IMG/VR virus record: IMGVR_UViG_3300033074_001348
Span: 1-64,000 of that record
Direction: 5' to 3' (one strand)
Origin: a virus
Lineage: Duplodnaviria > Caudoviricetes
DNA length: 64,000 nt
The notes under the pieces: generated by a model
What the model was told of the DNA's origin: nothing
Seen by the model: only the letters and a program-made list of their open reading frames with translations
Databases searched by the model: none
Position numbers and translations under genes: made by a program
Part shown: positions 19,761-29,307 of the stretch, piece after piece
Numbering within the stretch: position 1 is the stretch's first letter
Layout: each line of letters begins with the position of its first letter

Positions 19761-21163
19761 TGGCAGACTCGGTAGGTAAAGGGATAGCACTTGGGGAGCG
19801 GTTTAAATATGACACCACCTCAGGAACGGCAGCGTTTAACAATGCGCTTAACAAGCGATACAACGAGAAAGCTGCTGCCGAAAAAAATGTCGTGGATGCG
19901 CTTGATTTTAAAATTGACTATAAGGAGTGGTTGCCCGTGTATGGGAAAGCTGCTGCCGAAAAACAGGCAGAGCTATACAATAAGTACCTCACTTACAAAA
20001 GCGAAAATAAAGCTACTGCACTGAATCGCATTCAAACCGATTTGTATAATGCTAAGCAGGAATTGGGGAGATTAAAAGGAGATAATGACAGAGCAAAAAC
20101 CTATGTCACTCAAAAAGAAGGATTATTTCGCAATGCAGCTTTAGTCAATGACCTGACCAGCACAGAAACAAACCTTTCTGACATCTCAAAATATAACGAT
20201 GGATATTTTACTAATGTAGGAGCAAATGGGGAATTTGCTTTTCGTCCAGTTCAAGAGATGCAACCCGCCACATTGGTGAAGTATGACGATGGCGATTATG
20301 ATAAGGTACGTGGCAAAACTAAGCAATCCGCAGTTCCCGGTAAAATGGATGTAGAGTACGTTGAAGTACTGAAGCCGGAGGCGGTGAAAAGAAATGCAGA
20401 AGCATTGGCTTTAAATCCTCAATTCAGAGACAATGTATTAATTGCCAATCCTAATTTACTTAAATTATCTCCTCAAGAACAGGTAAAGGCAACATACGAC
20501 GCAGCATTTGAGATCGCTACGAAAATGCAGCGCCCTAATCGAAGCGAATGGAAAATGGCTGATCTACCAAACGCCTCTGGAAGTGGTAGTGATAAGGATA
20601 AGCGTGAGAAGCCGCAAATTAATGGAGAGTTTACCGAATCGTTATTACTAACTAAAGATGACGGCACACGAGAGAGAAGAGATGTTAAATATCCTTGGTC
20701 TGTTGATGTGCCTAATGCAAAGGAAACATCTGTTCCGCTTGACTCACGGGTGATTGACTATGAAACCAATTCATTTTTGAAAGGCGATGATGTAGGCAAG
20801 GTGGTGACATTTAAGCCGAAGAAAATATACCCACAACTGATTAAGTCTACAGGCAATACAGAGCTGTATGTAATCGGAACCGCTCAAGTTGATGTAGAGG
20901 ACAGAAGGAAAGGAAGAATAGTTAAAGAATTTAGTTATAAAGTTCCTTACGATAAGGTAGACGGATCGATAAAAGCATCTAAATACGATCTATCAGAGGT
21001 TGAGGAGAGATTCAAAGAAACAAAGCTCGTTCCCGAGTCTGGAGGTAAAGCCGTTAAACAAATAAAATCATCTGATATTTCAGCACGAGCAAAAGCAGCA
21101 GGCTATACGGATAAGGAGTACAGAAAATTATTAACTGAAAAGGGAGTAAAAATAATTGACTAA
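19760..21163 (+). CDS. putative ejection protein
   Basis: 467 aa, charged helical N-half; TAATG coupling. Confidence 0.5.
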   Translation: MADSVGKGIALGERFKYDTTSGTAAFNNALNKRYNEKAAAEKNVVDALDFKIDYKEWLPVYGKAAAEKQAELYNKYLTYKSENKATALNRIQTDLYNAKQELGRLKGDNDRAKTYVTQKEGLFRNAALVNDLTSTETNLSDISKYNDGYFTNVGANGEFAFRPVQEMQPATLVKYDDGDYDKVRGKTKQSAVPGKMDVEYVEVLKPEAVKRNAEALALNPQFRDNVLIANPNLLKLSPQEQVKATYDAAFEIATKMQRPNRSEWKMADLPNASGSGSDKDKREKPQINGEFTESLLLTKDDGTRERRDVKYPWSVDVPNAKETSVPLDSRVIDYETNSFLKGDDVGKVVTFKPKKIYPQLIKSTGNTELYVIGTAQVDVEDRRKGRIVKEFSYKVPYDKVDGSIKASKYDLSEVEERFKETKLVPESGGKAVKQIKSSDISARAKAAGYTDKEYRKLLTEKGVKIID

Positions 21164-24100
21164 TGGAAGAAGTAGACGAATTTGGAATACCTATTAAAAA
21201 GCAAACATCTGCTCCTGCAAAAGAGGAAGTAGATGAGTTTGGTATTCCTATTAAAAAAAAAGTACCTACTATCCCCGCCTCGTCAAATGGCTCAAGTCTA
21301 ACCCAACCTACAAGTGGCTCAGGCGTTTCCCAATCCCCCGCATATAGCGTAAAGGTTGATGAAGGCCCGATGCGTAAGGGTCAACCTTCCACCGTGAAAG
21401 TTGGTGGAAAAGAATTTGAAGTAGCACCAACTCCTGAATTAACTTCTACGGAGGTAAAATCTACTGCCAATAAACTTTTTAAAACTGCATCACCAATTAC
21501 GCAGACTCCAAAGATTCCACCAAGCCCTGCAATGGAAGGGGTGGTAAAACAAACCGATGAAGTTGCTATCTCGAACTTATCCCCCAAAGCAGCAAGTGGC
21601 AATGAAGATGTTTTAACGGAATACATTTCTACGCTCAATGAAGCCGAACAAAACAGACTACGTGGGAGCAAACTAAATGATGAGCAGTCATTTGAAATTT
21701 TAACAAAAGCGTACGCACCAAGACTTGAACAAGCAGTTATTGATTTATCTATACTGAGAGATCGTGGTGTAGAAAATGATTTAAAAGCTATTGATGAAAG
21801 TCAAAAGCAAATGCAATCGCTCACGCAGTCAATTAGTGCAGATAAAACAGCACTTGTAGATTTGCAAGCTACATTTTTAAAGCAAAAAGGTTATGATAAG
21901 ATTTCTGCGGAGTATAAAAATATTAATAAGCAATTACAGGTAAGTCAAAAACAGATCGCTCCTATTTTACAGGAGCAGCAGCAAATTGAGGCTGCATTAA
22001 AGCAATTTGAGCCACTTATACAGAATGGTAGCTTTGTTGGAAGCGAGCAGGAATACGCAGCCTATCAGGAGGCTTACAATGCTTACGAGCAAATAAGTAA
22101 TAATCCAAAACTTGCCGCTTATAACAACCTTGTTCAAAAACAAAACGATATTGCATCGAATATAAATAGCATGGTAACTCCTGAGTATAAAGCGCAGGAG
22201 GAAAAGCTATTAAATAAAATTAATTCATCTGTTGCTTCGGCAAATACACTGGTTCAAAATTCTCAAGGATTATTAACGCCAGAGAAAGCACAAAATATCG
22301 AACTGTATAAAAAGACCATTGATGAGTATAATGCTATAACCAATAAATTACAAACGGCAAAATCAAAGATGCCTGATGTAATTGAGAAGGAGGCTTATAT
22401 CAATGCTATGAATGCTGCGGTAAAAGAAAATCCTTATTTAAAAGCGTTCGATTTATCAGCAAAAGCTATTGGCGGATTCACCGAGGCGGTTGGTAGTATG
22501 TTAAGTGCTGTTCCAAAGTTTGCAGGCGGACTATCTAATGAATATACTTTTTCTGATAAAGTAGCGGAGTCTATTACAAACTTTTTTGCTCCGGCAATAA
22601 CTAATACGCAAACTACAACGGCAGGTAGACCATCGGCTGCATATCAACCTTTTTACGATAGCGAAACAGATCATATTAATTGGTCGTCACTTCCTGATGA
22701 AATAGCTAATCAGGCAGGTGCATTCGCAGTGCTTGCGGGTAGTGGAGTTCTTGGCGGTATGGCAAAGTTTTCAGAGGTGTCGTCAGTTGTTGTACCGGGC
22801 GCATTAATATCATACAACGATGCCTATCAAACAGGGCGTGAGATTTATGGGGACGATGCATACAGTGCCACCGCTTACGCAACAGCAAGTTCACTTATTA
22901 CAGGTATTACCGAATTGATTATGCCTGATCGTGATATATTAACTGGCGGCTCTGTTGATAAAATGGCAAGAAATTATGTTGCCAATTATGTTAAAAAGGG
23001 AAAACGATTTGCAATAGAACGCTCTCTTGTTGATCTTACCGAAATGATGGGTAAGGAGGTAACGGAGGAGTTTGCAGATAGGTGGAAGGATGTTTTACTA
23101 AAAGGTGTTGTCAATATAACAGGAGGTGACATCGAAAATGATATACCTACCTTAAATGAGCAGTTATCTATCGTAGCATCAACGGCAGCCCTAACAGGTG
23201 GAGTTGGTGCATTTAGTCAGCGTGGTAAAAATTCTAAGGCAAGACAATTAGCGGTATATCAATCGGCAAAAAGCTATCCCGAAACCTTAACCATGCTTAA
23301 TACAATGGAAGCGGAGGGGTATGATGCAGATCGAATTGATACCATAAAATCAGAGGTTACTAATATGTTTGTAACGCTGAAAGAAGTCCCCGCAGATTTA
23401 TCAGCACCAAAAAGAATTGCAATAGCAGAGAAATTAAATACGATCAAAAGGATTGAAGATGCGATGGCAAGTGGCATTTCGCCATTTATTGCAGACAAGA
23501 TGAATGATAGTATTAAGAAAATATCTGATGATATTCAGAATATAATTCTCGATTCCAAGTACGATGAAGCATTTGGCAAAGAAGTGAACGAGGAGATTGT
23601 AAAATCTGAGAGCGCACCCGCCCAAGTGGAGATGCCTGTTATTGAAATTACACCAACCACCGAGGAAATAATAGTGGAGGGGGAAGGTCAGGTCGGGGGT
23701 GAGGCAAAAGAAAATACTATCACTGACTTGAACGCAAAAGGAAAAGAATTGTTTTTTGAAAAACCCATTAGAAAGGAATATCAAGATGGGGTTGAAGGAG
23801 ATAATAAGTACGCTCAAGACAATATTGCCCACAACAAAAAAGTCGATGATTTAATATTGTCAATTAATCAGAACGGGACTCTTGCAGATAGTAACGGAAT
23901 AGAGTATGACGTAGAAGTCACTTCGCAAGGTGTAAGAGTTAGCCCAAAATCGCAGAATGATATTAAGATTTACTCAAAAGGCAAGCGAGTTAGCGGAGAG
24001 ACCCCATTCACTTATGGTTTTAAATTTACCCCTACCCAAGAAAAAGTTGCAACGGAGACTGCTGTCGAACCACCCGCCCAGTCCGACGCGGTCAAAGAGG

Positions 24101-27100
24101 ACACCACCACAACACCAACACCTACTACCGATGAAAAAAGGAACGAAGAAGGGCGGCAAAAAAAATTGCTGACTAAGGAAGCGGAGGTGGCTACTAACAT
24201 TCCCGAAGCACCTCCGCTCACTAAAGTATTCGTAGCTACATCAGGTAATACCATCGAAGAAAATGAGATGGGTAATTTGGTAGTAAAAGGTAAACGTGGA
24301 GGTATTCTCACAGGTAAGGAGCGTGGCAAGGCGATCCGTGAGTACCGAAAAGAAAAGATGACAGGCGGTAAGCGTGTCACATCTGCCGACTTAGAGCGTG
24401 ATAACATTACAGAGCCCGAAGCAGTGCGCTACATTGCAGAGAATAGCACTTCTCCTGAGCAGTTATTGGAGATGATGGCGGTTGTAGAGCCAAAGGATGC
24501 TAAATTGAGTGGCAAAGACTCATTTATTGCCGACAACATGGACGCCATTAGTGCTGAGTCGTGGGCAAAGTTTGGCGACACCAACAGAATTACTCCTGAC
24601 ATTAAAAAGAATTTTATCGGAAAGAATGGTACGGGGATAGATCAAATTGCTCAGGCAGCCTCTTACGCCATGAACCCAGAGGGTGACGGAACAGAGATTA
24701 CGCCAAAGGACGTTATTGATTTTGTTGAGGCTAATCAGAAAGGAATTAAAGAGGCACTTAAAGCCGGTAATGAAGATATGAAAGTTCTGTACGATGCTTT
24801 CGTATCACTTACGGGTCGTGCGCCTACACGGAGTATGATTGCTGATGTGAAAAAAGAAGGTGCTGACAAAAAGATAGAGGAAGATTTTGGTATGGAGCCA
24901 GAGCCTCAGGTCTTTTCAGTCAGTGATTCTCCTCAGATGAAAAAGAGGCGTTTCACTAAGCAGGTGATGGCCGATAAAGCCACTAAAGGAACCACCAAAG
25001 CCAAAATCACTGAAGATGCTATCTATTACTTGGAGCAGAAGAACGAAATGTCAGTTGGTGAGGCTAATAAAATATTGCAGGATGTAGGGATGGATGATGC
25101 TATTGCTATACTAAAAGATGTTGGCAATGGAATTAATGGCGGTGTGCGATCTGTTCTTGGTCAGGTAATTATCAAAGAATTAGAGGCAACAGGTAGGGTT
25201 GACATTGCTATTGACACTCTTAATTGGCTTACTGAAAAAGCAACTGACTCAGGACAATTCATACAGGCGTTTGCACTATGGGGTTATTTAACTCCGGCAG
25301 GGCAAATCAGATCAGCAAAAAGATTAATTGATGAGCAGCGAAAAGATCAGTTTAAGAAAGATAATGAGAAAATTAAGAAAGCGAAACGCATCATTAGAAC
25401 TGTACAAAAAGAAGCTATTGATGAAACGCTTGCAAATGTAGGAGTTGAAAAGAAAGCGGGTATTCGTGTAAATGCAAACACCAAAAGGTCAAGTCCGAGT
25501 TACGGGTCGAAGAATAAACTGATTACAAAAGAGAAGTATGAGAAGTGGAAAGCGAGTCGAAAAGGGAAGTTATTCTCCAATCCACTCGATCCTGAATTAC
25601 TCCCTGCTGCCCTTTACCACCTTGAAGCCTCTGGTCGTAAATTTGCCGACTTCGCTGCCAACTTACTTGATGAATTTGGTTCTGCGGTACGTCCTTACAT
25701 TAAGGATATGTATGCTGCTGCCAAAGAAGAATTGGGCGGTACGGGTTATGATACGGTTGAGGATATGGATCGTGTTATTGCTGAAAGTCAAAATGAAGTA
25801 TGGGCAGAAAGAGCGAAAAAAATTACTGCAAAATTTGATCGTGCTTTAAAGACTAAGAGTGAGAAGTTATTTAATGAAGCAGTAAGTGAATTGCAATCCC
25901 TACCTAACAAAGAGGAGTTATGGGAAAAGTATAAAAACTTTGCTGCGTCAAGACTTAAAAACCTACCTGCTGCACTTTTTGAAAAAGAGGCAAGAGAAAA
26001 ACCTGCGCTGCAAAACTTCACTGATGAACTTGTAAGAGTGTTCCGTGAGAAAATGCAGGAGGCTATGCCGGAAAGCGAAAGTAAATCTACGCCTAAAAAG
26101 ACTCGCAGTAGTACGGAGATAATTGGCGATGCTTTTAAAAATAAAGAGAAGTACGCAGAGGTTTGGGAAGAAGCTCAAAAACAAATGCGGGAAAAGTTTA
26201 CCGAGGATGAGTTGATTGAAATTGATAATTACTTCGGTGCAATACTCGATACTCCGTTCAGTCAAAAGCAAATCGAACGGGTTGTAAAAGACGGACTCAA
26301 GTCTATTGATAAAAAAGTAGCTGACATTGCTCGTGCGCACTTTACGCAGTATGATGCAACCAAGCAAACACTGATTGATAAATTAGTCAATGAGGCTGAT
26401 CTTGATTTTATGCAGGCAAAAGAACTTGGTGATGCAATTAGTAAAGAGTTTGACAGGATCATGGCTTCCAAAAAGTCAGAGATACTGGAGCGAATGTTTC
26501 AGGAGAAGGTTACGACCAAGAAAGGAAAAGTTAAGCACAACCTTGAAACAGAACTTGAGAAGCTACTGAACTTAGGCGCATTTAGCGACGAAGCTATTAT
26601 GAATATGTGGGCAGATGCTAATGGCTACCCAAAACTTACTGAGGAGAATTACAAAGAACTCGAGCGTCTTGCTGCTATTGTTGTTGCTACTCCTGATGGG
26701 ATGAAGAAATTCAAAGCAATACAGGACTTACTTAAATACCAAGCCACTATAAAAGGTGTGAATTGGAAAGAAGTTGGTATGGCGGTTTGGTACGCAAATA
26801 TTCTCTCAGGTTACAATACGCAGCTTGTTAATGCGGTGTCTACTGCTATTAATGTTATGAGTAATTTGATGGTAACTTCTGTTCGTACAAAACTCGGCAA
26901 AGGCGATAGGCGCATGGCGGTTAAAGGGCTTTATGATGGGTTTGCATCAGGGCTTCTTGTAGCAAAAGATGTATTGCAAACTGGGTATAGCCCAATATTT
27001 ACAGGTAAGGTCGAGATGCCTTCCGCTCTTGAGATAAAACGTTTTATGGGCGGCAAATATAATCCTGCAAACTACTTGAAATTTGTTCGTAGAGTTATGG

Positions 27101-28641
27101 TTGCTACCGATGTAATATTTTTTGAGGCAGCCAAAGAGATGCGTGCTTACCAACTGGCAGCAAAAATGGCTCGTGATGAAGGTAAAGTTGATCCTGATTT
27201 AGATACTAAAAACAGAGCACTTGCTATTTTAAATAAAACCGATTTCGATCAGAAAAAGATTATACAGGAAGAGACCATCGAGTATGAGCACGAACTTGAT
27301 CGTATTAACGAAATGGATGTGCCTGCTGCTATGAAAGAGAAGTTGCGTAAGCAAGCACTAAAGGGCAGGTCAAGGCGTATTTTTGAAATTACGCAGCAAA
27401 ACCGTGATTTGAGTATCATAGAGCAGTCTGCTGATTTTGCAGCAAGGTCAACTTATAATTATCCTCCAGAGGGTGCTCTTGGTGCACTTGTGAAGGGAAT
27501 TAATAATTGGCTCAATAAACTGCCGTTCCTTCGTTTCTTTATACCGTTCACCAACATCATTGCCAACGTTGCGAATGAGCAAATAAACTATACGCCACTT
27601 GGGGCGGTGCGTGCATATAAAGGAGGTAGTATAACAGGCAACCGGGCAACCGAGATGTCAGATATGGATAAAGCTGATATGTACACTAAGGCTGCTATTG
27701 GCACAACGTTAATGACGCTCACTTATATCTTAGCAAAAGGTTTTGGAGATGATGATGAGCCGATTTTAGAGATTACCGCGAATGGAACGGGTGACTATGG
27801 TAAAAATTACAACTTAATTAAAGAGGGTTGGCAGCAATACTCCTTTAGATTTAAAAAGCCTGATGGAACATATACTGATTGGATTTCCTACCAGTATTCT
27901 CCACTTCAGGTCGGCTTATCAATGATCGGCAATTTAATGGACTTTGAAAAATACAGAGGCGAAAAAGCAGATGACGAAACAGCACTTAAAAAATTGTCAT
28001 TAGCATTTTCCGCATCAACAAGAACTTTTTTAGATGCAACATTCCTATCAAGTTTAAATGACTTACTCCTTATTGCTACCAATCCTTTTTCAGAGGATGC
28101 GGTGAGTAACTTTACTAAAAGTTTGCAGAACTCAGCTAAAAGTTTTGTGATACCTAACTTATATACGCAAGGTTTTAAGCAAGTTCAGGCATCATTTGAT
28201 ATACCCAATAAAGAGGTTAAGGAAACGAATTTAGGCTGGCTACTCCGTGATATTCCAATTGCAAGGGAAATGTACAACGATCAACTTGACATATTTGGCA
28301 ACCCTGTAATCCCTGATACGGATAAATTCTTTAGCGGGAAAGATGAAGACGCTCCGGTTTATTATGAGGTAGCGGCAGGCCCGTTATTTAACATTAAAAA
28401 GCCAAGCATCAGAACCGTTAAAGTGGAAGACCCGAGTACAGGGGAAATGACTTTCTTAACACCTGACGAATATTACCTGTTTAGTAAGTACAGGGGTGAG
28501 TATTTGAGGGATGAAATAATGAAAACAGTAAAGGCTAAAAAATGGGATGATTTCGATAAAGCGTATGGTACGGCACTGCAAAGAGATGCTACTTATTATG
28601 CGAAAGATAAAATTTACGACTTGCGAGAAACCTATAAATAA
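21163..28641 (+). CDS. large internal virion / ejection protein (2492 aa)
   Basis: Helical; C-terminal PFTNIIANV...WQQYSFRF...WISYQYSP resembles podoviral large ejection/LPD-type C-termini; no NADFDGD/DFDID RNA polymerase motif seen. Confidence 0.6.
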   Translation: MEEVDEFGIPIKKQTSAPAKEEVDEFGIPIKKKVPTIPASSNGSSLTQPTSGSGVSQSPAYSVKVDEGPMRKGQPSTVKVGGKEFEVAPTPELTSTEVKSTANKLFKTASPITQTPKIPPSPAMEGVVKQTDEVAISNLSPKAASGNEDVLTEYISTLNEAEQNRLRGSKLNDEQSFEILTKAYAPRLEQAVIDLSILRDRGVENDLKAIDESQKQMQSLTQSISADKTALVDLQATFLKQKGYDKISAEYKNINKQLQVSQKQIAPILQEQQQIEAALKQFEPLIQNGSFVGSEQEYAAYQEAYNAYEQISNNPKLAAYNNLVQKQNDIASNINSMVTPEYKAQEEKLLNKINSSVASANTLVQNSQGLLTPEKAQNIELYKKTIDEYNAITNKLQTAKSKMPDVIEKEAYINAMNAAVKENPYLKAFDLSAKAIGGFTEAVGSMLSAVPKFAGGLSNEYTFSDKVAESITNFFAPAITNTQTTTAGRPSAAYQPFYDSETDHINWSSLPDEIANQAGAFAVLAGSGVLGGMAKFSEVSSVVVPGALISYNDAYQTGREIYGDDAYSATAYATASSLITGITELIMPDRDILTGGSVDKMARNYVANYVKKGKRFAIERSLVDLTEMMGKEVTEEFADRWKDVLLKGVVNITGGDIENDIPTLNEQLSIVASTAALTGGVGAFSQRGKNSKARQLAVYQSAKSYPETLTMLNTMEAEGYDADRIDTIKSEVTNMFVTLKEVPADLSAPKRIAIAEKLNTIKRIEDAMASGISPFIADKMNDSIKKISDDIQNIILDSKYDEAFGKEVNEEIVKSESAPAQVEMPVIEITPTTEEIIVEGEGQVGGEAKENTITDLNAKGKELFFEKPIRKEYQDGVEGDNKYAQDNIAHNKKVDDLILSINQNGTLADSNGIEYDVEVTSQGVRVSPKSQNDIKIYSKGKRVSGETPFTYGFKFTPTQEKVATETAVEPPAQSDAVKEDTTTTPTPTTDEKRNEEGRQKKLLTKEAEVATNIPEAPPLTKVFVATSGNTIEENEMGNLVVKGKRGGILTGKERGKAIREYRKEKMTGGKRVTSADLERDNITEPEAVRYIAENSTSPEQLLEMMAVVEPKDAKLSGKDSFIADNMDAISAESWAKFGDTNRITPDIKKNFIGKNGTGIDQIAQAASYAMNPEGDGTEITPKDVIDFVEANQKGIKEALKAGNEDMKVLYDAFVSLTGRAPTRSMIADVKKEGADKKIEEDFGMEPEPQVFSVSDSPQMKKRRFTKQVMADKATKGTTKAKITEDAIYYLEQKNEMSVGEANKILQDVGMDDAIAILKDVGNGINGGVRSVLGQVIIKELEATGRVDIAIDTLNWLTEKATDSGQFIQAFALWGYLTPAGQIRSAKRLIDEQRKDQFKKDNEKIKKAKRIIRTVQKEAIDETLANVGVEKKAGIRVNANTKRSSPSYGSKNKLITKEKYEKWKASRKGKLFSNPLDPELLPAALYHLEASGRKFADFAANLLDEFGSAVRPYIKDMYAAAKEELGGTGYDTVEDMDRVIAESQNEVWAERAKKITAKFDRALKTKSEKLFNEAVSELQSLPNKEELWEKYKNFAASRLKNLPAALFEKEAREKPALQNFTDELVRVFREKMQEAMPESESKSTPKKTRSSTEIIGDAFKNKEKYAEVWEEAQKQMREKFTEDELIEIDNYFGAILDTPFSQKQIERVVKDGLKSIDKKVADIARAHFTQYDATKQTLIDKLVNEADLDFMQAKELGDAISKEFDRIMASKKSEILERMFQEKVTTKKGKVKHNLETELEKLLNLGAFSDEAIMNMWADANGYPKLTEENYKELERLAAIVVATPDGMKKFKAIQDLLKYQATIKGVNWKEVGMAVWYANILSGYNTQLVNAVSTAINVMSNLMVTSVRTKLGKGDRRMAVKGLYDGFASGLLVAKDVLQTGYSPIFTGKVEMPSALEIKRFMGGKYNPANYLKFVRRVMVATDVIFFEAAKEMRAYQLAAKMARDEGKVDPDLDTKNRALAILNKTDFDQKKIIQEETIEYEHELDRINEMDVPAAMKEKLRKQALKGRSRRIFEITQQNRDLSIIEQSADFAARSTYNYPPEGALGALVKGINNWLNKLPFLRFFIPFTNIIANVANEQINYTPLGAVRAYKGGSITGNRATEMSDMDKADMYTKAAIGTTLMTLTYILAKGFGDDDEPILEITANGTGDYGKNYNLIKEGWQQYSFRFKKPDGTYTDWISYQYSPLQVGLSMIGNLMDFEKYRGEKADDETALKKLSLAFSASTRTFLDATFLSSLNDLLLIATNPFSEDAVSNFTKSLQNSAKSFVIPNLYTQGFKQVQASFDIPNKEVKETNLGWLLRDIPIAREMYNDQLDIFGNPVIPDTDKFFSGKDEDAPVYYEVAAGPLFNIKKPSIRTVKVEDPSTGEMTFLTPDEYYLFSKYRGEYLRDEIMKTVKAKKWDDFDKAYGTALQRDATYYAKDKIYDLRETYK

Positions 28642-28647
28642 TTTTAA

Positions 28648-28655
28648 TACATTTG
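28648..28655 (+). promoter_or_regulatory. TAnnTTTG element 4 nt before ATG
   Basis: TACATTTG-CTAC-ATG. Confidence 0.55.
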
Positions 28656-28659
28656 CTAC

Positions 28660-29307
28660 ATGGCATTTCAACAATCATTTAAGATGAATCGTGCCTCGGA
28701 TGGGCTGAGTATCATCATTACCGACATTACCGGAGCCTATGATGCCACAACGAACCCAACCGGATACGGCGGCCCGAACCCGGCAGTAGGTGATTTTACT
28801 GCGCTTTCGTTATCGGTTTACCTGCCTGACCCCGTTACATTGCAACCCCAAACTACTCCGGTAGTCATTACGGCAATATACCCTACACTTCCTTCTGAAA
28901 CTAACGGCACCTATACCATTACTTCTACCGCACTGGCAGGAAGCGAGTCTGTGTTAATTGACGGGCTGTATCAGGGCGTAGTCAATGGAACCTATGACAT
29001 CGGGGCTGGCGATGTGGCTATTACGCCCATCACCATTTACAAGCTATTTTATTACATAGCCGAGTGTTGCTGGCAACAAAACAGGCTCGAAACATCGACC
29101 TGCGGTGATAAAGACAAGAACTATAAGCTCAATTTAGGAGGCGGACTGCTACTGCAATTGCAGCCCTACATTAATTCTGAGGCTGTCGTTACGGATAGCT
29201 ATATCGAGCAGTGCGGTGCATGGAACACCGGCGTCAATTTTGTCTTATATCTACAAGAAATTTGCAACGAATTTAACTGCGGAGGGGGCTGCGAGACATG
29301 TCACTAA
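28660..29307 (+). CDS. tail hub-like structural protein
   Basis: DITGAYDATTNPTGYG N-terminal motif, Ig-like body, Cys-rich C-terminus. Confidence 0.45.
   Translation: MAFQQSFKMNRASDGLSIIITDITGAYDATTNPTGYGGPNPAVGDFTALSLSVYLPDPVTLQPQTTPVVITAIYPTLPSETNGTYTITSTALAGSESVLIDGLYQGVVNGTYDIGAGDVAITPITIYKLFYYIAECCWQQNRLETSTCGDKDKNYKLNLGGGLLLQLQPYINSEAVVTDSYIEQCGAWNTGVNFVLYLQEICNEFNCGGGCETCH

Noticed and set aside
27190-27204. DPDLD as an RNA polymerase DxDxD motif
   Set aside because: Lacks the NADFDGD/DFDID context and sits in a helical charged region
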